Positions 46,901 through 56,172 are shown, numbered from the whole stretch's first letter. The stretch: DNA of 60,432 nucleotides, filler included, from Nitrospinae bacterium RIFCSPLOWO2_12_FULL_45_22 (GCA_001803565.1; 5 parts of 5 records of this genome joined end to end with filler, not necessarily neighbours in it); one strand, 5' to 3'. Translations and numbers: made by a program. The notes: generated from the sequence alone by a model not told the origin.

Positions 46901-48865
46901 TTACCTAACTGCCAGGTGACGGATTTTTTTCAGGAGGGCGATATTTTCTGTGTGGCCAGTCATACGGGCGGTTACCAGCCCCTGAACCCTCTTGCCCAGT
47001 AGGTAGAGATCACCCATGATATCCAGGACTTTATGACGGGGATATTCGTCTTCAAATCGCAATGTAGTATTAATGACCCTTTCTTCGTCTAGCAATATGA
47101 CATTGCTCAACCTTCCTCCCTTAGTCAGACCTTTCTCTTCTAAATATCCCACATCTTTAAGGAAGACAAAAGTCCGGGCTGGGGCAATCTGATTCTTGAA
47201 TCCTTCTCCCCACTTATGAGAATAGAAGAACTCTTGCTGGCCAATAGGCTCAGGGCAATCCATTATATACCGGATAGCCAGGCCAGGATAAGGTTCTATA
47301 GTCAAATATTCCCTTTGCGAGGGGTCACCTACAGCATAAAAGTCATCAATAATTATCCCTTGTTCAGGGCCCTCCTGCTCCTCTATACCACCTTCTTCTA
47401 TCAGTTGACAGAACTCCCTGGCCGACCCATCCATAATCGGTACCTCATCTCCCACCTTAATAAGGACATTACTGATTTCGTAAGCATGTAAAACGGCCAT
47501 AAGGTGCTCAATGGTACCGATGGAGATAGGCCCTTTCTTCAAGACGACAGCATTGTAAGTAGAATCTACCAGGTCGAGACGTGCAGGTATGTTTTGGCCT
47601 GAAGGGATATGAGAAAAGATGATCCCACTGTTAGGTGGTGCCGGTAGCAAGATCAGCCCTCCCTTTATCCCGGAATGGAGTCCCTGACCACACAGCACCA
47701 CACTTTGCTTAAGGGTCTTTTGCCGGGGGTATTTCCTGGCTTTAGCAAGTGGGTATCGTTGGCTATCCCGGCTAGTAGCTATCTCTCTCTGGATAAAAAC
47801 TGGTATGTCCTGAACCCTTATAGTCTCTTCCGGGGTAGAGGAAATTATCCTCAATATGATATTTTTTAATTCTTTAACGTTTCCTGGCCAATGATACCCT
47901 TCTAAGATAGCTAAGGCATCTTTAGTTATCTGCTTGGGTTTGACCCCTAAATAATGGGAGAATTGAGAGATAAAATACTGGACTAGAAAGGGAATATCTT
48001 GCTTCCTTTCTCGCAGCGGCAGAGTCTTGATAACTACCTGGTCCAGGTATTGCCAGAGGTCGTAGTTAAATCCGGTTATTTCAACCTCTTTCTTTAAGCT
48101 CTTGGTGGAAGAGGCGATTATTTTAGGAGGGTTCTCCCTATCTCTCATGATTTTTAAAAGGGTCAGGAGCTCCTGCTGGCTCTCTTGGTCCAGGGCAGCG
48201 ATCTGATCGAAAAAGATAGTTCCGGCTGGTGTTGGGCAGAGGGCCATTAGGGTTTCTTTAGTTAAACCCGGGCAATTGAGACGCAGGAAAGAACTATCTT
48301 CTTTGCCGCTGCTATGGTGAATAGCCCGGCCAATGAGCTCCTTACCCGTCCCTTCCTCGCCTATAATGAGTATGAGAAAATGTTCCTGGGCGAGAATAGG
48401 GATCATCTTTTTCAGCTCAAAAATAGCTGGGCTCTGACCCACAATCTCCTCGTTGGCGGAAGCGAGCCGGCTGGCTTCTCTCCCTTTACGTAAGGTCTTT
48501 TGCTGGGATAATGCCTGGTTAACAGTCTGGACAATATTTTCCAGCGATAACGGCTTTTCTATAAAGTCGAAAGCGCCTAGCTTCGTGGCCTTAACCGCAG
48601 TATCTATATTGCCATGCCCGGACATCATGATTATCTCCAGGTCGGGGCAGATAGCCCGGGCTAACTGCAATAATTCTATACCATCTATCCCTGGCAGCCA
48701 GACATCTAAGATAGCCAGATCGGGCGCTTCTTTCATTATTATATCCAGGGCCTGTGGGCCATTTTGGGCCTGGGATATTTGGAAGCCCTCATCTGTCAAG
48801 ATACCCCCTAACGAGTTCAGGATACTCTTTTCATCATCCACAATAAGTATATGGCCTTTGTTCAA
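46901..48865 (-). CDS. lpxC: Fusion of an NtrX-like receiver, a degenerate sigma54-type AAA+ domain and UDP-3-O-acyl-GlcNAc deacetylase LpxC
   Basis: Receiver: ILIVDDE, LDVWLPGIDG, MMSGHG, FIEKP. AAA+: GEEGTGKE, PLRER.QDIP, WPGNVKEL. LpxC from aa 381: RQKTL, G.GLHSG, TIEHLMA, EVPIMDGSA, APARTF, HKVLD..GDL, GH..N. Confidence 0.93.
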   Translation of the reverse strand: MNKGHILIVDDEKSILNSLGGILTDEGFQISQAQNGPQALDIIMKEAPDLAILDVWLPGIDGIELLQLARAICPDLEIIMMSGHGNIDTAVKATKLGAFDFIEKPLSLENIVQTVNQALSQQKTLRKGREASRLASANEEIVGQSPAIFELKKMIPILAQEHFLILIIGEEGTGKELIGRAIHHSSGKEDSSFLRLNCPGLTKETLMALCPTPAGTIFFDQIAALDQESQQELLTLLKIMRDRENPPKIIASSTKSLKKEVEITGFNYDLWQYLDQVVIKTLPLRERKQDIPFLVQYFISQFSHYLGVKPKQITKDALAILEGYHWPGNVKELKNIILRIISSTPEETIRVQDIPVFIQREIATSRDSQRYPLAKARKYPRQKTLKQSVVLCGQGLHSGIKGGLILLPAPPNSGIIFSHIPSGQNIPARLDLVDSTYNAVVLKKGPISIGTIEHLMAVLHAYEISNVLIKVGDEVPIMDGSAREFCQLIEEGGIEEQEGPEQGIIIDDFYAVGDPSQREYLTIEPYPGLAIRYIMDCPEPIGQQEFFYSHKWGEGFKNQIAPARTFVFLKDVGYLEEKGLTKGGRLSNVILLDEERVINTTLRFEDEYPRHKVLDIMGDLYLLGKRVQGLVTARMTGHTENIALLKKIRHLAVR

Positions 48866-48975
48866 ATTAGCCCCTCCTTTATCAAATTTAAATATAACCG
48901 TATATTATGTGCCCTTGAGCCAATCGGAAAGTCTGTTCGTGATGAGAGTCAGACGCTCGGTGTCAATCTTTCCTA

Positions 48976-49833
48976 TCAATAATACTTGCGGCGGCGGCCA
49001 AAGGTACCGGTCAATTTCCCATCCAGATAATCCAGGTCCTCTTCCTTTTTCAGGAGCACACCCATAAAGGGTAGTTCTTTTTCTACTATAGCCGGTGAGA
49101 TACCACCGGCTATCAGGGCTTGGATCCAATCTATCAGCTCACTGGTAGAGGGCTTCTTACGGAATTCATCCAATTCCCTCAACCAATAGAACTTATTCAG
49201 GCATTGCTGCAAGAGGTCCTGCTGGATATCAGGGTGATGTACCCGCACGATTCGCTCCATCAACTCTGGCCCAGGAAACTCTATGTAATGGAAGACGCAA
49301 CGCCGTAGAAAGGCATCGGGCAGCTCTTTCTCGGAATTGCTGGTAATGATTACAATGGGGCGGTGCCGGGCAATGATGGTCTTATCCAGCTCAGGTATAT
49401 AGAAGGACATCTCATCCAGCTCGTTCAGCAGGTCATTAGGAAACTCTAGATCGGCCTTATCAATCTCATCTAATAGCAGTACCGGCTGCGCTTCGAAAGT
49501 AAAGGCTAGGCCCAGCTTGCCCAGTTTTATATATTGGCTGATGTCGGAGATATCTTTATCACCAAAGCGGCTATCATGGAGGCGCTGGACAGTATCGTAA
49601 AGATAGAGCCCTTCCTGGGCCTTGGTGGTTGACTTAATATTCCAGACAATCAGGGGTTTACTCAGCCCTAAGGCGATATTATGGGCCAGCAAAGTCTTGC
49701 CTGTGCCCGGCTCGCCCTTGACCAGCAAGGGCCTGGCTAAAGCAATAGCGGCATTAACCACATTGCGTAATGCCTCTGAGACGATATATTTATGTGTCCC
49801 TTGAAACCGATCAAAACCATTATCCCTGCTCAT
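48976..49833 (-). CDS. MoxR-family AAA+ ATPase
   Basis: RPLLVKGEPGTGKT, LLDEIDKAD.EFPNDLL, EKELPDAFLRRC, KKPSTSEL. ATG at 49833 follows AAGGTGG. Confidence 0.93.
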   Translation of the reverse strand: MSRDNGFDRFQGTHKYIVSEALRNVVNAAIALARPLLVKGEPGTGKTLLAHNIALGLSKPLIVWNIKSTTKAQEGLYLYDTVQRLHDSRFGDKDISDISQYIKLGKLGLAFTFEAQPVLLLDEIDKADLEFPNDLLNELDEMSFYIPELDKTIIARHRPIVIITSNSEKELPDAFLRRCVFHYIEFPGPELMERIVRVHHPDIQQDLLQQCLNKFYWLRELDEFRKKPSTSELIDWIQALIAGGISPAIVEKELPFMGVLLKKEEDLDYLDGKLTGTFGRRRKYY

Positions 49834-49851
49834 ATCCACCACCTTTCATGC

Positions 49852-49914
49852 GTAACAGTTCACTACGCTTTGCGCTATTCTGAACCCTGCTAACTGAACC
49901 CCGTGAACTGTTAC
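49852..49914. mobile_element. 63-bp MITE with GTAA termini and an 8-bp target duplication (IS66-like ends)
   Basis: Perfect IR GTAACAGTTCAC / GTGAACTGTTAC; flanks TTTCATGC (49844-49851) and TTTCATAC (49915-49922). Confidence 0.72.
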
Positions 49915-49921
49915 TTTCATA

Positions 49922-51073
49922 CTAATTAAAAGCGCTGATACCGAGGACTTCTCGACCGATGATCAGCTTCTGTATCTGGGAAGTCCCCTCGGCCATGGTC
50001 AGGTGCCTGATATCCCGATAGTATCGCTCCACGGGAAATTCACGGGTATAGCCATACCCACCATGTATCTGGATAGCATTAGAAGCAATCTTTAGAGCCG
50101 CCTCAGTAGCAAAGAGCTTGGCCATAGCCGCTTCTTTGGCACAGGGGAGCCCTTTCTGCAAGAGGTGCGCAGCCCTCAAGCCCAATAACCGTGCCGCCTC
50201 ATTCTCCATCACTATCTCGGCTATCATCTCCTGTACCAACTGAAATCCGCCAATAACCTTACCGAACTGCTTCCTCTCCTGGGCATATTTGACGGAGGCA
50301 TCAATACAGGCCTGGGCAACACCAATGACGGCAAAGGCGACGGTACATCTTCCTATATTGAGTCCGGCAAGGGCTATCTTTAACCCCTCGCCCGGCTGGC
50401 CCAATAGGTTTTTACGCGGTACACGGCAGTCCTCAAAATGGAGTTCTGAGATAACCGAGGCCCGCATGCCCATCTTCTCTATATCCCGGGCGGTATAATG
50501 ACAGGTATCGCGCTCGACAAGGAAGGCGCAGATACCTTTTGCCCCTTTACTCCGGTCTATAGTGGCAAAGACTAAACCCATCTCGGCCTTACTGCCATGA
50601 GTGATCAGGGTCTTGGTCCCATTCAAGATATAATCGTCACCATCCAGGGTTGCCCGGCTCTCTAGACTGGCGGCATCAGAGCCGACATTAGGCTCGGTCA
50701 GGCCGAAGAAAGCCAGTTTGTCCCCGTTAAGCATGGGCCTTAAGAAACGTCCTTTCTGTTCTTCAGTGCCATGCTTATAGATATTAGTCAGGATCATGTT
50801 ATTAGTGGTTATAACGGTACGGATAGAGCTCCAGGCCCGGCCCAGCTCTTCTATCAATATAAAATAGGATATATAATCCAGGCCCATACCACCTGCCTCT
50901 TCGGGCAATAAGCCGCCAATATAGCCAAACGGTATGAGCTTTTTTATTATTTCACGGCTGGGGAACTCTTGCTGCTCCTCGTGCTCAGCGACAATGGGGA
51001 TGATCTCGGTATCCATGAACCTGCGGACAGTCTTCTTCAGCGCCTCCTGCTCTTCGGTCAGATCAAAATCCAT
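49922..51073 (-). CDS. Acyl-CoA dehydrogenase
   Basis: FGLTEPNVGSD, NGTK.LIT.G, AIQIHGGYGY, EGTSQIQ. Confidence 0.95.
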   Translation of the reverse strand: MDFDLTEEQEALKKTVRRFMDTEIIPIVAEHEEQQEFPSREIIKKLIPFGYIGGLLPEEAGGMGLDYISYFILIEELGRAWSSIRTVITTNNMILTNIYKHGTEEQKGRFLRPMLNGDKLAFFGLTEPNVGSDAASLESRATLDGDDYILNGTKTLITHGSKAEMGLVFATIDRSKGAKGICAFLVERDTCHYTARDIEKMGMRASVISELHFEDCRVPRKNLLGQPGEGLKIALAGLNIGRCTVAFAVIGVAQACIDASVKYAQERKQFGKVIGGFQLVQEMIAEIVMENEAARLLGLRAAHLLQKGLPCAKEAAMAKLFATEAALKIASNAIQIHGGYGYTREFPVERYYRDIRHLTMAEGTSQIQKLIIGREVLGISAFN

Positions 51074-51109
51074 GTTCCTTTCCCCTTAAGTTTGTTGCTT
51101 TCCTTTTTT

Positions 51110-51141
51110 GACGCACACCCACTTCGTGGGTACCCGACGCA
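51110..51141. repeat. 20-bp hairpin insert flanked by a 6-bp direct repeat
   Basis: GACGCA-[CACCCACTTCGTGGGTACCC]-GACGCA, inside a nonamer-type repeat that runs to about 51190. Confidence 0.65.
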
Positions 51142-51314
51142 GATTTTCAAGATAAAAATATCTGCGTATATCTGTGAAAATCTGTGTCCTAATTAATTCG
51201 GCATTGTCACATTAAAATTGACCCTATAACATGACAAATGTGACAAAGTTACCTTACAGGAACCGGAATGTTGATATTTTACAAGATTATGTCTTTAGAA
51301 GCAATAAAATAGCA

Positions 51315-51445
51315 TAACCATTCAGCCACCAGGGCGCTAAGTCGCCAGGGAACAAGCCGTGAGCAGTGAGGAGTGAGCAGTAAGGAGTAAGGAGTAAAGA
51401 GTTACTGCTCACTTCTCAGCGTTTCCGGCGTTCCCTGCGGTGAAA
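51315..51445. repeat. Nested nonamer/heptamer palindromic repeat
   Basis: Outer CACCAGGGCGCTAAG...GGCGTTCCCTGCGGTG; inner CGTGAG-CAGTGAG-GAGTGAG-CAGTAAG-GAGTAAG / TTACTG-CTCACTT-CTCA. Confidence 0.6.
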
Positions 51446-51559
51446 TTTTGAATAAGGATGATACCTGGTTGTAGAAATTTTTGGGGAAACATCAGTCAAG
51501 AATGGGCGTTGACAAAGAGAAGAGAATGGTTTATATGATAGCAGAATATGGGAGAGGAT

Positions 51560-52273
51560 ATGGAAAACTGGTTAAAAGGAGATTTTCACCTTCATACCGA
51601 GGAAGACTATCGGGAAAGAATTAGCTACAACGCTAAAGAGTTAATTGATAGGGCTGGCCAGCAGGGGTATAAAGTCCTGGCCATAACCAACCATGAGCAG
51701 GTGACTTTTTCCAGGGAATTAAAGGAATATGCTGCGGGGCAGGGGATAATTCTATTGCCCGGTACTGAGGCGACTATCAAAGGAAAGCATGTATTAATAA
51801 TCAGCCCGGACGGCTTCTTTCATCCCGAAAAGATAAAGACCTTTAAAGATTTGCAGCAAGCCCGACAGGATGGCGCCCTAATAATCGCCCCCCACCCCTT
51901 CTTTCCTGGTATCCACTCGCTGCGTTCTAAATTGATCCGATACCTGGGGGTATTTGATGCGATAGAATATTCCCATTTCTATCTCAGCCGGATCAATTTT
52001 AATATACCGGCCGAGAGACTGGCCCGGCAGCATGGTATTCCTCTGGTAGGGACCTCTGATGCCCATTGCTGGCGGCAATTTGGTGCCACATACAGCCTGG
52101 TAAAGGCTAAACAGGAATCAGAAGATATTATCCGGGCCATAAAGGAAGGTGATATAGAGATAGTTAGTCAGCCCCTGGGGGCTATTTCTGCAGCCCGATG
52201 CTATCTGGGAATCTGGTGGAACAGCCTGTGGGGCCTATTTCAATCCCCAAATTCTAGGATAGTGAGGAAGTGA
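51560..52273 (+). CDS. PHP-domain metal-dependent phosphoesterase
   Basis: DFHLHT, AITNHE, PGTE, HVL, APHPF, GTSDAH. ATG at 51560 follows GAGG. Confidence 0.9.
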   Translation: MENWLKGDFHLHTEEDYRERISYNAKELIDRAGQQGYKVLAITNHEQVTFSRELKEYAAGQGIILLPGTEATIKGKHVLIISPDGFFHPEKIKTFKDLQQARQDGALIIAPHPFFPGIHSLRSKLIRYLGVFDAIEYSHFYLSRINFNIPAERLARQHGIPLVGTSDAHCWRQFGATYSLVKAKQESEDIIRAIKEGDIEIVSQPLGAISAARCYLGIWWNSLWGLFQSPNSRIVRK

Positions 52274-52469
52274 GCGTTGAGGGGTAAGGAGTAAGGGATA
52301 ATCCCTTTTAGATTGCTTCGCTCCCCCTTCGCTACGCTCAGGGCTAAGGGCTCACCGCAATGACACTTTGAATGTCAACTTGTTTGAGACGTTCACTATA
52401 ACTGCTCCCGGCTTACAGTTAACTGCCCAGTTTTTTGTGTTCTTTACGGTTCATAATTCCAGATTATCA

Positions 52470-54203
52470 GTGGATAAGCTTGCCAGGTCACGGTATGGCA
52501 CTACTATTTTTGTTTTATTAATTATCTGGTGCTTGCTATCAGGTCAGACAAAGGCCCCTGAATATCTCTTCCCTTTAGCTATGGAACCTGCTATTAGTGG
52601 GACTTTTGGCGAATACCGGGGCTATAGGTTTCATGCTGGGATAGACCTCAGGACTAATGGGGTGATGGGCTATCCAGTGAAGGCCACAGGAGATGGGGAG
52701 GTCTTTCAGGTAAAGCACTTTGTTGGTGCTGATGGCAAGGTGCTGTATTTGCGCCATAGAACCGGCCAGATAACGGTATATGCCCACCTTTTTGAGTTCA
52801 TGCCTGCATTAGAAAAACTGGTTCAGGAAGAGAGACGGCGGACAAATAGGTATGGGTTCAGGCTCTGGCCAGAAAAACCGCTCAGGGTTAATAAAGGTAC
52901 TATTATCGGATATTCAGGTAAATCGGGTACCAGCTCCCCACATCTCCATTTCGAGATTCGCACACCAGATAATCAGCCCCTTAATCCCTTTAAAAAAGGC
53001 CTCCTGATAGCAGATGTTATCCCGCCGGTCTTGAAGTCTATTACCCTGGAACCGGCAGACCCATACTCGGCCGTGGAAGGCGGTTCTGCCAGCCGTAGTT
53101 TTAATTTTGTCCAGCGGGGAGGAGGATACGTTTTAGCGAAAAGACCGCGGGTAGCCGGGCAGGTTCAGATCACGCTAGGGGCCTGTGATGAGACCACCCC
53201 GGGCAGTTGCAATGGGGTCTATCGCATAGAGGTTTATCGGGGATCGGGCCTTCCCGGGCTTAGTCTCTCTTTTGATAAATTCTCTTTTCTAGATAATTTT
53301 AAGGGCCTCTCTGTTTACCAGACAGGCTCCAATTTTTTTCAGGGACGATACCTGTACCGGCTCGTTCCAGCTCCTTCAGCCTGTAATCCTTTCCTGCGTA
53401 ACCCACCCCACCCTTTGTGGCTAAGGGGGATAGGGGCCCGAGGACCTTTATTAATAAAGGTGTATGATGCTGCCGATAATTTTGCTATCGGGAAAGTCCT
53501 GCTTGAAGAAGACCCTGGCGCTTATGATTTTTCTGACCAGATATTGAAATACCCATTCTTCATAAAAGCGGGGGAGAAAAAGGCCCTATCAATAGACAAG
53601 GGGTCTTTTAAGCTTGAGTTTAGCCCGGAAAGTCTATGCAGCCCTGATTATCTGGCTATCCAGGAGAAGAGGGAAGGGGAGGGGACAGTTTATTCGGCAA
53701 GGTTCAAGGATAATTCTTCTGCCCAGCGAATAAAGGTAGCTATGGAACTGACCAACCGGATGCGCTTAGACAAGGTAGGGATATATGCCCGGGCCTCAGC
53801 CGAACAGGGCTGGACATATCTCCCTACAGTTGTGGATAGGAAGAGCCATTATGCCTGCGCCTATTCTACCCTCCCAGGCGATTTTACCCTAAAAGAAGAC
53901 GATAGCAAACCCGTGATTGGCCCAGAGATATACTATGGCAAAGCCCGCAACCTGATCAATCTTAAACGGTATGAGATCTCTTGCTCATTGTATGACTATG
54001 GGAGCGGTTTAGACCCAGACTCCATCAGCTTTCGGGTGGATAATGAGCCGATGTTCTGGGAATTGAATTATCCTGAACAACGTCTCTATTGCTACTTGCG
54101 GGAGCCCCTGCCCGCTGGCAGTCATCAGCTATACCTTAAAGCCGCTGATCGGATAGGCAATATCAGTGAGTACCAGGGTACTTTCCTTGCCCCAGACCCA
54201 TAA
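52470..54203 (+). CDS. M23-family metallopeptidase with a C-terminal extension
   Basis: FGEYR..RFHAGID, YAHL, PHLHFEIR. GTG at 52470 precedes a signal/TM segment; start uncertain. Confidence 0.88.
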   Translation: MDKLARSRYGTTIFVLLIIWCLLSGQTKAPEYLFPLAMEPAISGTFGEYRGYRFHAGIDLRTNGVMGYPVKATGDGEVFQVKHFVGADGKVLYLRHRTGQITVYAHLFEFMPALEKLVQEERRRTNRYGFRLWPEKPLRVNKGTIIGYSGKSGTSSPHLHFEIRTPDNQPLNPFKKGLLIADVIPPVLKSITLEPADPYSAVEGGSASRSFNFVQRGGGYVLAKRPRVAGQVQITLGACDETTPGSCNGVYRIEVYRGSGLPGLSLSFDKFSFLDNFKGLSVYQTGSNFFQGRYLYRLVPAPSACNPFLRNPPHPLWLRGIGARGPLLIKVYDAADNFAIGKVLLEEDPGAYDFSDQILKYPFFIKAGEKKALSIDKGSFKLEFSPESLCSPDYLAIQEKREGEGTVYSARFKDNSSAQRIKVAMELTNRMRLDKVGIYARASAEQGWTYLPTVVDRKSHYACAYSTLPGDFTLKEDDSKPVIGPEIYYGKARNLINLKRYEISCSLYDYGSGLDPDSISFRVDNEPMFWELNYPEQRLYCYLREPLPAGSHQLYLKAADRIGNISEYQGTFLAPDP

Positions 54204-54245
54204 TTGTGTAACCATTCACCCCAGAGCACGCAGAGGAAGCAGTTA

Positions 54246-54432
54246 CTACGGATATAAACAGATAAAGACAGATTTCTGGCTTCATTGCAAAATTAGCAAT
54301 AAAAAATTAGCAATTAACAATTAGAGAGACTAAGAGATTAGGAGACTAATAGAGATTGGATATTGAGATTTTGAAATGCTAATTGCTAATTTTGCATTTT
54401 GCATTGAAAGGGGATCCGTGTTCATCCGTGGC
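54246..54432. repeat. Triple-nested periodic repeat element
   Basis: Outer nonamer CTACGGAT..ACAGAT / ATCCGTGTTCATCCGTGG. Middle 54281-54408 is the same family as 4357-4508. Inner GAGACTAA-GAGATTAG-GAGACTAA tract. Confidence 0.75.
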
Positions 54433-54529
54433 TAAAAATCAAATAATAACTAAACAATTACATTTTATTTAAATGATGTTAAGGCTGGAAGGGTTATCTA
54501 AGAGGTTTGGTAAATTTGTTGCGGTTGAT

Positions 54530-54564
54530 AATATCTCGCTGGAGGTGAACCCCGGCGAGATATT
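54530..54564. terminator. Hairpin, possible terminator
   Basis: AATATCTCGCTGG...CCGGCGAGATATT stem near the contig end. Confidence 0.4.
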
Positions 54565-54570
54565 TGGCTT

Positions 54571-54670
54571 NNNNNNNNNNNNNNNNNNNNNNNNNNNNNN
54601 NNNNNNNNNNNNNNTTAATTAATTAANNNNNNNNNNNNNNNNNNNNNNNNNNNNNNNNNNNNNNNNNNNN
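54571..54670. other. Artificial contig linker
   Basis: N44-TTAATTAATTAA-N44. Confidence 0.99.
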
Positions 54671-54798
54671 ATTTGTCATTTTGGAGGGTTGATATTATTT
54701 AGTATTTCGGATTTCGATTTTAGGATTTAGATAAACCACAGGATATTGCGCTATTATGCTCCTTATAGAATGTGATAAGGGAAGGGAGAAGCTATAAT

Positions 54799-56103
54799 AT
54801 GCCGGTAGAGATGGACAAGATTGTTTCGCTCTGTAAGCGCAGAGGGTTTATCTTCCAGAGCAGTGAGATTTATGGTGGCTTAGGCAGTACCTGGGACTAC
54901 GGTCCCTTAGGGGTAGAATTAAAACGAAATGTCAAAGAAGTATGGTGGCGGGATGTGGTTTATAATCGGGATGACATGGAGGGATTGGATGCCGCTATCC
55001 TGATGCACCCCGAGGTATGGGTGGCCTCCGGGCATGTAGAAGGCTTTACTGATCCTTTAGTTGATTGCAAGTTATGCAAGAAACGGTTTAAGGCCGATGC
55101 TATCAGTACTAATGAGAATAAGTGTCCCGAGTGTGGGGGCGAGTTGACCGAGGCCAGGCAATTCAATCTGATGTTCAAGACCTTTATGGGGCCCGTGGAA
55201 GAAGAGGCCGCCACAGTCTATCTACGGCCCGAGACCGCCCAGGGTATCTTTACTAATTTTTCTAATATCCTTACCACCATGCGCCGCAAGCTCCCCTTCG
55301 GCATAGCCCAGATTGGTAAGGCCTTCCGGAACGAGATAACCCCCGGTAATTTTACCTTCAGGACTAGGGAATTCGAGCAGATGGAGATCGAATATTTTGT
55401 CGAGGCCGGTACAGACCAGCAATGGTACGAATATTGGGTTCAGGAACGTTTTGCCTGGTACCTCAAATATGGTATTAATAAAGATAACCTGCAGGTAAGG
55501 GAACATGCGCCCCAGGAGCTGGCCCATTATGCTAAATGCTGCTCTGATATAGAATATCTATTTCCCATGGGCTGGTCAGAGCTGGAAGGGATAGCTAACC
55601 GAGCCGATTACGACTTGCGACAACATTCTATCCATAGCAATAAAGACCTGAGTTTTTTTGATGAAGATAAGAAACAGAGGTATATCCCTTATGTGATTGA
55701 GCCTTCAGCCGGTGCAGACCGGGCTACCCTGGCCTTCTTGATAGATGCTTACCGAGAAGAGACAGTCCGGGGGGAGAGGCGGGTAGTATTGGGTTTTCAT
55801 AAATCCCTGGCACCCATAAAAGTAGCGGTCCTGCCCTTGCTCAGAAACCGGCCAGAGCTGGTACAATTGGCCCGGACTATAGCCGAAGGGTTACGCAAAA
55901 GATTCTTTACTAAGTATGACGATACCGGCTCTATTGGCCGGCTCTATCGCCGTCAGGACGAGATCGGTACCCTTTATTGTATTACCGTAGATGTCCAATC
56001 CCTGACCGATAAGGCTGTTACCGTACGGGATAGAGATACTATGCTCCAGGATAGAATCCCCCTCGAAGCACTGGAGCGCTACGTTATGGATAAATTCTCC
56101 TGA
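54799..56103 (+). CDS. glyQS: Glycine-tRNA ligase, homodimeric (alpha2) type
   Basis: KRRGFIFQSSEIYGG, YLRPETAQGIF, FRNEITP, FRTREFEQME, IG.LYRRQDEIGT. Confidence 0.97.
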   Translation: MPVEMDKIVSLCKRRGFIFQSSEIYGGLGSTWDYGPLGVELKRNVKEVWWRDVVYNRDDMEGLDAAILMHPEVWVASGHVEGFTDPLVDCKLCKKRFKADAISTNENKCPECGGELTEARQFNLMFKTFMGPVEEEAATVYLRPETAQGIFTNFSNILTTMRRKLPFGIAQIGKAFRNEITPGNFTFRTREFEQMEIEYFVEAGTDQQWYEYWVQERFAWYLKYGINKDNLQVREHAPQELAHYAKCCSDIEYLFPMGWSELEGIANRADYDLRQHSIHSNKDLSFFDEDKKQRYIPYVIEPSAGADRATLAFLIDAYREETVRGERRVVLGFHKSLAPIKVAVLPLLRNRPELVQLARTIAEGLRKRFFTKYDDTGSIGRLYRRQDEIGTLYCITVDVQSLTDKAVTVRDRDTMLQDRIPLEALERYVMDKFS

Positions 56104-56172
56104 TAGGTGTTTTTTTTCTCGACAGAACAGGCACAGAGATACGGCAATGAGCTCTGAGCCCGTACTTCTTCT

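Noticed and set aside
48453-49067. 204-aa plus-strand ORF
   Set aside because: Antisense to the receiver domain and the MoxR gene end.
51357-51412. CRISPR array or diversity-generating retroelement suggested by the periodic repeats and the RT fragment
   Set aside because: Units are 7-9 bp with no unique spacers, there are no cas genes, I found no template/variable repeat pair, and the RT is only 30 codons in intron context.
52368-52469. N-terminal extension of the M23 peptidase from TTG 52368
   Set aside because: No RBS and adjacent to repeat DNA; GTG 52470 before the hydrophobic segment is more plausible.
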